Source of the DNA: Planctomycetota bacterium
GTDB lineage: Bacteria > Planctomycetota > UBA8108 > UBA1146 > JAJFFE01
Assembly: GCA_050246115.1 (NCBI GenBank)
Contig: JBFWWP010000020.1
Location: 28,793-92,792, forward strand
DNA length: 64,000 bases
Direction: 5' to 3'
Positions within the stretch are counted from its first letter, which is position 1, and every line of letters starts with the position of its first letter. A program made the position numbers and the translations under genes. Positions 58,553 to 64,000 of the stretch are shown here, one piece after another. The notes beneath the pieces were generated by a model that saw only the letters and a program-made list of their open reading frames with translations, was not told where the DNA came from and did no database searches.

Positions 58553-59796
58553 GAATCGCCGTCGTTGGTTCCGGCATTTCGGGCCTGGTCTGCGCCTACC
58601 TCCTCAGCCGGCGGCACGAGGTCCAGGTCTTCGAAGCGCAGGACACCCTTGGTGGCCACACCCATACCGTGGCGGTCGAGCACGCCGGCCAAGAGTACGC
58701 CATCGACACTGGCTTCATCGTCTACAACGAAACCAACTACCCCAACTTCACCCGCTTGCTGAATGAGCTCGCCGTACCCACCCAAGCGACCGAGATGAGC
58801 TTCAGCGTCCGCAGCGAGCGGCACAACCTCGAGTACAACGGTGCCTCCCTCACGACGCTCTTCGCCCAGCGGCGTAACCTCGTGCGTGTCGGCTTCTGGC
58901 GCATGCTTCGCGACATTCTGCGATTCTATCGGTCGGCTCGGTCGCTCTTGTCCACTGCCGATGAGACACTCACCCTCATCGATTACCTGCAGGGTCAGGG
59001 TTATTCGCGTGAGTTCATCGACTGGCACATTCTGCCCATGGGCGCAGCCATCTGGTCGACCGATCTCGTCGGGACGGGACAGTTCCCGCTCGTGACCTTC
59101 CTCCGCTTCTTCGAGCGCCATGGCTTCCTTCGCGTCAGCGGTCGTCCGCAGTGGCGCACGATCGTTGGCGGATCTTCGACTTACGTGCGCGCACTGATGC
59201 CGCGCATCGGCCGAATCCACACCCGGCGACCGGTCGCTCGGATCCGTCGCCAAGCCGAGGGGGTCGACCTCGTCACCGTCGCTGGGGACCACTCGCACTT
59301 CGACGCCGTGGTACTCGCGACGCACTCCGATCAGGCCCTCCCCCTGCTCGCCGACGCGACACCGGCCGAGCGCGAGATCCTCGGATCCATGAGTTACCAA
59401 CAGAACGAAGTCGTCCTCCACACCGACACTCGCCTGCTTCCCCGGAGTCGCCGGGCTTGGGCCAGCTGGAACTATCACCTGACCGAATCCAATCGCGGCC
59501 TACCCACGGTCACCTACAACATGAACCTGCTACAGCGTCTGACCGCACCGGTAACCTTCTGCGTGACCCTCAATCGAAGCGACGCGATCGACCCGGAGAA
59601 GGTGATTCGAACCCTCCAAGTGCATCACCCCCGCTTCGATCGAACCGCGGTTGCTGCGCGCAAACGTCACGCCGAGATCAATGGGCGCGCGAATACCTAC
59701 TACTGCGGCGCCTACTGGGGCGACGGTTTCCACGAGGACGGCGTCAACAGCGCCCTCGCGGTGTGCCGGCACTTCGGAGAGGAACTCAGCCCGTGA
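58549..59796 (+). CDS. NAD(P)/FAD-dependent oxidoreductase (amine-oxidase-like)
   Basis: MRIAVVGSGISGLVCAYLL is an N-terminal dinucleotide-binding motif. ATG overlaps the desaturase stop (ATGA). Confidence 0.8.
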   Translation: MRIAVVGSGISGLVCAYLLSRRHEVQVFEAQDTLGGHTHTVAVEHAGQEYAIDTGFIVYNETNYPNFTRLLNELAVPTQATEMSFSVRSERHNLEYNGASLTTLFAQRRNLVRVGFWRMLRDILRFYRSARSLLSTADETLTLIDYLQGQGYSREFIDWHILPMGAAIWSTDLVGTGQFPLVTFLRFFERHGFLRVSGRPQWRTIVGGSSTYVRALMPRIGRIHTRRPVARIRRQAEGVDLVTVAGDHSHFDAVVLATHSDQALPLLADATPAEREILGSMSYQQNEVVLHTDTRLLPRSRRAWASWNYHLTESNRGLPTVTYNMNLLQRLTAPVTFCVTLNRSDAIDPEKVIRTLQVHHPRFDRTAVAARKRHAEINGRANTYYCGAYWGDGFHEDGVNSALAVCRHFGEELSP

Positions 59797-60578
59797 AATC
59801 ATGCCTCTATGAAGGCCAGGTTCGCCACCGCCGATTCGGCCCGGTGGCGCACGACTTCACGGCGCGCGTGCTGCTGTTCTACGTGGACCTCGCGGAAGTA
59901 GACGCTGGCCTGCTCCCGTGGATCAACACCGAGCGGCGCTGGGCCCCGTTTCGCCTGCTGCGCGCGGATCATGTCGGCGGTCCCGCCGAGGCGCTCGAGG
60001 AGTCGATTCGGACGCTCGTCGCGAAACGTACCGGACGCCACCCCACCGGACCGATTCGCTTGCTCACGCACCTACGCTGTTTCGGTCACTGCTTCAATCC
60101 CGTGAGCTTCTTCTACGTCTTCAGTGCCGATGATCGGACGGTCGAGACCATCGTCGCCGAGGTCAGCAACACACCTTGGCGCGAACGCCACCTCTACCTC
60201 GTGACCCCCACGGCCGACTCGACCGGGAGCCGTCTGCGAGAACGTTTCCCCAAGGAGTTCCACGTCTCGCCGTTCATGGGGATGGACCTCGAGTACGACT
60301 GGAGCTTCTCCGCACCCGGCCGGCGCCTGGCAGCACACTTCGTCAACTTGGAGGCTGGGACGCCACTCTTCGATGCGACCTTGTCGCTCACCCGCAAACC
60401 CTGTTCACGCCGCACCCTGCTCAGCGCCATGGTGCGCTACCCGTTCTTGTCGCAGCGGGTACTGTTGGCCATCTACTGGCAGGCGTTCCGCCTGTGGTGG
60501 AAGAAGGCGCCCTTCTTTCCCCACCCCAAACATCGCCAACCCAACCCTTTACCGGATCCCGATGGGAGAGCCGCATGA
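59793..60578 (+). CDS. DUF1365-family protein
   Basis: VKSCLYEGQVRHRRFGPVAHDFTARVLLFYVDL is the typical DUF1365 N-terminus. GTG overlaps the preceding stop (GTGA). Confidence 0.7.
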   Translation: MKSCLYEGQVRHRRFGPVAHDFTARVLLFYVDLAEVDAGLLPWINTERRWAPFRLLRADHVGGPAEALEESIRTLVAKRTGRHPTGPIRLLTHLRCFGHCFNPVSFFYVFSADDRTVETIVAEVSNTPWRERHLYLVTPTADSTGSRLRERFPKEFHVSPFMGMDLEYDWSFSAPGRRLAAHFVNLEAGTPLFDATLSLTRKPCSRRTLLSAMVRYPFLSQRVLLAIYWQAFRLWWKKAPFFPHPKHRQPNPLPDPDGRAA

Positions 60579-61915
60579 GTGCACCGTCGTCGCCACCTAC
60601 GACTTCACCCATCCACTCCTCGCGCCGGGTGTCGTGGCGCCATCAGCTCGCGCGGCGAGCGCTCTTCGAGCGGCTGGCCCACCTCGAACACGGCGAGCTC
60701 ACCTTCCACGAGGGCGGCCACACGTGGACTTTCGGGCGCCGTACGCGGGACCTCGACGTGAGCGCCCACGTATTCGTCGAACGTCCGGAGCTCTACTCGC
60801 GCCTCGCGCTCGGGGGCACCGTCGGCGCCGCCGAGGCCTTCATGGCCGGGTGGTGGCGCACGCCCCACTTGGTCGAACTGGTGCGAATCCTGGTGCGCAA
60901 TCGCCGAGTGCTGGTCGGACTCGATGGGGGCCTGGCGCGCGTCACGAGCCCACTTCTCAAGTTCGGACACTGGTTGCGTGCCAACACGCGCCGCGGCAGC
61001 CGCCGCAACATCGCGGCGCACTACGACCTGGGCAACGACCTCTACGCCCTGTTCTTGGACGACACCTGGATGTACTCGTGCGGATTCTTCGAAGACGACA
61101 CGAACGACTTGCGCGCCGCTTCGATCGCCAAGAACGAACGGATCTGCGTCAAGCTGGCCCTGGGCCCCCAGCACCATGTCCTGGACATCGGCGGGGGCTG
61201 GGGAGGATTCGCCCTGCACGCAGCGACTCGCTTCGGCTGCAAGGTCACCATGACGACCATCAGCCAGCAACAGCACGAGCTGGCTTGCGAACGCGTACGG
61301 CGCGCGGGCCTCGAGCAACGCATCACGGTCCTCAACGCGGACTATCGGGATCTACGCGGCACTTTCGACCGCGTTGTCTCGATCGAGATGATCGAGGCGG
61401 TCGGGCATTCGTTCCACGACGCGTACTTTCGTTGCATCGGCGATCGCTTGACGGCGGACGGAATGGCCCTCGTCCAAGCGATCACCGTCAGTGACCAGCA
61501 CTACGACGAGGTGCGCACCGGAGTGGACTTCATCAAGCGCTACATCTTCCCCGGAAGCTGCCTGCCATCCGTGCGCCGAATGCTGGACTGCGCGGGCCGG
61601 GTGTCCGACCTGCGGCTGTTTCACCTCGAAGACCTTACCCCCCACTACGCCCTGACCCTGGCCCATTGGCGACGTCGCTTCGTGGCCGCACACGAAGCCG
61701 TGCGCGCCCTGGGCCATGGCGAGGACTTCGCGCGGATGTGGGAGTTCTACCTCGCATACTGCGAAGGAGGCTTCGCCGAGCGCTTTACTGGGCTGGCACA
61801 GTTGGTGTTCACCAAGCCCAGCTGCCCGCGTTCCCCGATTGCTCCACCGACGCGAGAGCTGGCCGGCTTGCGCCAGCCCGGTGCGCCCCCCGCGGTAGTC
61901 CGGGAACACGCATGA
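60575..61915 (+). CDS. cfa: Cyclopropane-fatty-acyl-phospholipid synthase family SAM-dependent methyltransferase
   Basis: AHYDLGNDLYALFLDDTWMYSCGFF...VLDIGGGWGGFALHAA (SAM motif I)...YFRCIGDRLTADGMAL. ATG overlaps the DUF1365 stop. Confidence 0.85.
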   Translation: MSAPSSPPTTSPIHSSRRVSWRHQLARRALFERLAHLEHGELTFHEGGHTWTFGRRTRDLDVSAHVFVERPELYSRLALGGTVGAAEAFMAGWWRTPHLVELVRILVRNRRVLVGLDGGLARVTSPLLKFGHWLRANTRRGSRRNIAAHYDLGNDLYALFLDDTWMYSCGFFEDDTNDLRAASIAKNERICVKLALGPQHHVLDIGGGWGGFALHAATRFGCKVTMTTISQQQHELACERVRRAGLEQRITVLNADYRDLRGTFDRVVSIEMIEAVGHSFHDAYFRCIGDRLTADGMALVQAITVSDQHYDEVRTGVDFIKRYIFPGSCLPSVRRMLDCAGRVSDLRLFHLEDLTPHYALTLAHWRRRFVAAHEAVRALGHGEDFARMWEFYLAYCEGGFAERFTGLAQLVFTKPSCPRSPIAPPTRELAGLRQPGAPPAVVREHA

Positions 61916-62448
61916 AGATCGTGAACTTCGTCTCGTTCCAGATCGGATGGTTCGCGTGCGTCCTCGGGTCCGCCTACGGCCAGCCCGTGGTCGGTGTCGT
62001 GATTGCATTCGCGTTGATCGCGTTGCACTTCGGCCTGGCCGGCGACCGCCGGGCAGAGTCGGTGGTCGTGATCGCCGCGACGGCCCTCGGCTGGGTCGCC
62101 GAATCGCTGTACCACCGCTTCGGACTCACGACCTTCGACGCGAACGGTCCGTGGCTGGCGACGTGCCCCCTCTGGATGGTCATGATCTGGGCGCTCTTCG
62201 GCACGACGCTAAACTCATCGCTAGAGTGGCTGCAATCGCGACGGTGGCTTGCCGCGGCGTTCGGCGCCGGGAGCGGTCCGCTCGCGTACTTCGGCGGCGA
62301 GCGGCTCGGCGCGCTGCGGCTGAGCGACGACCGTGTAGCGGCGACTCTCGCCATCGCGACCACCTACACGATCGCGCTGCCCGTGCTGCTCACCTTGGCG
62401 AATCGCGTCCGTCAGCAACCCATGGCCGGACCAGGAGGGCGCCCATGA
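61912..62448 (+). CDS. DUF2878-family small membrane protein
   Basis: MKIVNFVSFQIGWFACVLGSAYGQP..., four predicted TM helices. ATG overlaps the cfa stop. Confidence 0.6.
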   Translation: MKIVNFVSFQIGWFACVLGSAYGQPVVGVVIAFALIALHFGLAGDRRAESVVVIAATALGWVAESLYHRFGLTTFDANGPWLATCPLWMVMIWALFGTTLNSSLEWLQSRRWLAAAFGAGSGPLAYFGGERLGALRLSDDRVAATLAIATTYTIALPVLLTLANRVRQQPMAGPGGRP

Positions 62449-63239
62449 GTGGTCCCGTCCTCACCGGCATCCTTGGGGTGATTGGCGGCATGATTGCCGT
62501 CATGACCGTCCTGTGGGTGGTTCAGTGTCGAACCCGGAACGCGGGCTGGGTGGATGTCGGCTGGGCCGCGGGCCTCGCAGCGGCCGCAACGTTCTACGCG
62601 AACTGGTTCGATGGCGACCCCACGCGCCGTGCTCTCATGGGGTTCTTGGGTACCTTGTGGGGCGCGAGGCTCGCGCTCCACCTCGCACGGCGAGTCGCTG
62701 CCGAACCCGAGGATGGACGCTATCGCCGCATGCGGGAGTACTGGGCCGGTACCGCGGACCGCAACTTCCTGTGGTTCTTCCTTGCCCAGGCGCTCCTCGT
62801 GGCGCTGTTCTCGCTCCCGTTCCTGGTGTGCGCGCGGGCGGACACCGCACTGGCCCCCGGCTGGCAAGTCGCCGCGATCGTGGTCTGGCTCACCGCGGTC
62901 GGCGGTGAGTCGATCGCCGACTGGCAACTCGCCCGCTTCCGCGCCAACCCCGCGAATCGCGGTCGCACCTGCAGGCAGGGACTCTGGCGCACGAGCCGCC
63001 ACCCCAACTACTTCTTCGAGTGGCTGCATTGGTGGAGCTACGTGCTACTCGCGATCGGTGCCCCCGGCGCGTGGCTCACCCTCCTCGGGCCGGTCCTGAT
63101 GTTCGCATTCCTCTACCGGGTGACCGGCATCCCCTACACCGAGCAGCAAGCGCTGGCGAGTCGCGGGGACGACTATCGCGACTATCAACGCACGACCAGC
63201 GCCTTCTTCCCCTGGTTCCCGAAGGGAGACGCGAAGTGA
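62445..63239 (+). CDS. DUF1295-family membrane protein (steroid 5-alpha-reductase / ICMT-like fold)
   Basis: Multi-TM, with GLWRTSRHPNYFFEWLHWWSYVLLA, the typical DUF1295/ICMT C-terminal motif. ATG overlaps the preceding stop. Confidence 0.65.
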   Translation: MSGPVLTGILGVIGGMIAVMTVLWVVQCRTRNAGWVDVGWAAGLAAAATFYANWFDGDPTRRALMGFLGTLWGARLALHLARRVAAEPEDGRYRRMREYWAGTADRNFLWFFLAQALLVALFSLPFLVCARADTALAPGWQVAAIVVWLTAVGGESIADWQLARFRANPANRGRTCRQGLWRTSRHPNYFFEWLHWWSYVLLAIGAPGAWLTLLGPVLMFAFLYRVTGIPYTEQQALASRGDDYRDYQRTTSAFFPWFPKGDAK

Positions 63240-64000
63240 ATCTCGGCCTCCGCCTCGCCGAGCGCGGCTACGTACCGGACCGCCTGGTGCGCTATGGCAT
63301 TCGACACTTGCTCCGGCGCCGACTCCGCGAGGAACGCCTGCGCAACCGTGAAGCGCTGCTTCGCGAGTTCCGCGCGAGCCCGGTGGCGGTCGCGACTCAC
63401 GCTGCGAACGAACAGCACTATGAACTCCCGGCCGCCTTCTTCGAACTCGTCTTGGGTCCGCACCTGAAGTACTCGAGCGCGTGGTGGGACGATACGACGG
63501 CGAATCTGGAGGACGCCGAAGCGGCAATGCTGCGGCTCACGTGCGACCGCGCGATGCTCCGGGACGGCCAACAGATCCTGGAGCTCGGGTGCGGCTGGGG
63601 ATCCTTGACCCGTTGGATGGCCCGACACTATCCCCGGAGCCAGATCACCGCAGTCTCGAACTCGCACTCGCAACGAGCGTTCATCGAAGCGCGGCTGGCG
63701 GCGGAGAATCTCGGCAACGTCCGTGTGATCACGGCCGACGCGAACGTCTTCAGGCCGGACCAGAGATTCGACCGAGTGGTGTCGGTCGAAATGTTCGAGC
63801 ATCTCCGAAACCCCGAACTGCTGCTACGCCGGATTGCGGACTGGCTGCTCCCCGCAGGTCGCCTCTTCGTTCACGTCTTCTGCCACCGGAACCTCACGTA
63901 CCTGTTCGGGACTCAGGCCGACGACGATTGGATGGGGCGCCACTTCTTCACCGGCGGGATGATGCCCAGTCGCGACTTGTACCCGGCCCTCGATCATCCG
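63236..64000 (+). CDS. Second CFA-synthase-like SAM-dependent methyltransferase, 3' end beyond the window
   Basis: GTG 63236 overlaps the preceding stop (GTGA). HAANEQHYELPAAFFELVLGPHLKYSSAWW...ILELGCGWGSLTRWMA (SAM motif I)...FDRVVSVEMFEH. No stop before the window end. Confidence 0.75.
   Translation, partial: MNLGLRLAERGYVPDRLVRYGIRHLLRRRLREERLRNREALLREFRASPVAVATHAANEQHYELPAAFFELVLGPHLKYSSAWWDDTTANLEDAEAAMLRLTCDRAMLRDGQQILELGCGWGSLTRWMARHYPRSQITAVSNSHSQRAFIEARLAAENLGNVRVITADANVFRPDQRFDRVVSVEMFEHLRNPELLLRRIADWLLPAGRLFVHVFCHRNLTYLFGTQADDDWMGRHFFTGGMMPSRDLYPALDHP

Overview
This is a high-GC bacterial chromosomal segment (roughly 65-70 % GC by eye), gene-dense on both strands. It was read by hand, with no similarity search or folding, so domain calls are motif-level. 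Recognised content: (1) a type IV pilus cluster pilM-pilN-pilO-(PilP-like protein with a TPR-like region)-pilQ on the minus strand, with pilQ cut by the window start; (2) an hpf-ptsN-yvcK-ptsH-ptsI operon resembling a nitrogen-PTS locus; (3) housekeeping genes truA, asd, thrS, dinB, dus, comM, an S41 C-terminal protease, cysD and a cysN/cysC fusion, ispG, serC and a stand-alone EF-G paralogue; (4) a small accessory islet holding a DUF222/HNH endonuclease next to a transposase remnant, with an AT-richer promoter-like stretch, palindromes and tandem repeats; (5) four secreted proteins that share a C-terminal module of two dockerin-like repeats plus a Cys-rich tail. One of these is a five-heme c-type cytochrome and another carries PKD and cohesin-like domains; this looks like a cohesin-dockerin-style surface assembly system and is the most novel feature of the window; (6) three copies of a 188-189 bp inverted-repeat element resembling a MITE (miniature inverted-repeat transposable element), two of which abut gene ends; (7) a photolyase followed by a translationally coupled desaturase / FAD oxidoreductase / DUF1365 / CFA synthase / DUF2878 / DUF1295 / CFA-synthase-like operon that runs off the window end. 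No rRNA, tRNA or CRISPR array was recognised. Many long ORFs in the six-frame track are antisense or alternative-frame artefacts of the high GC content and were rejected.
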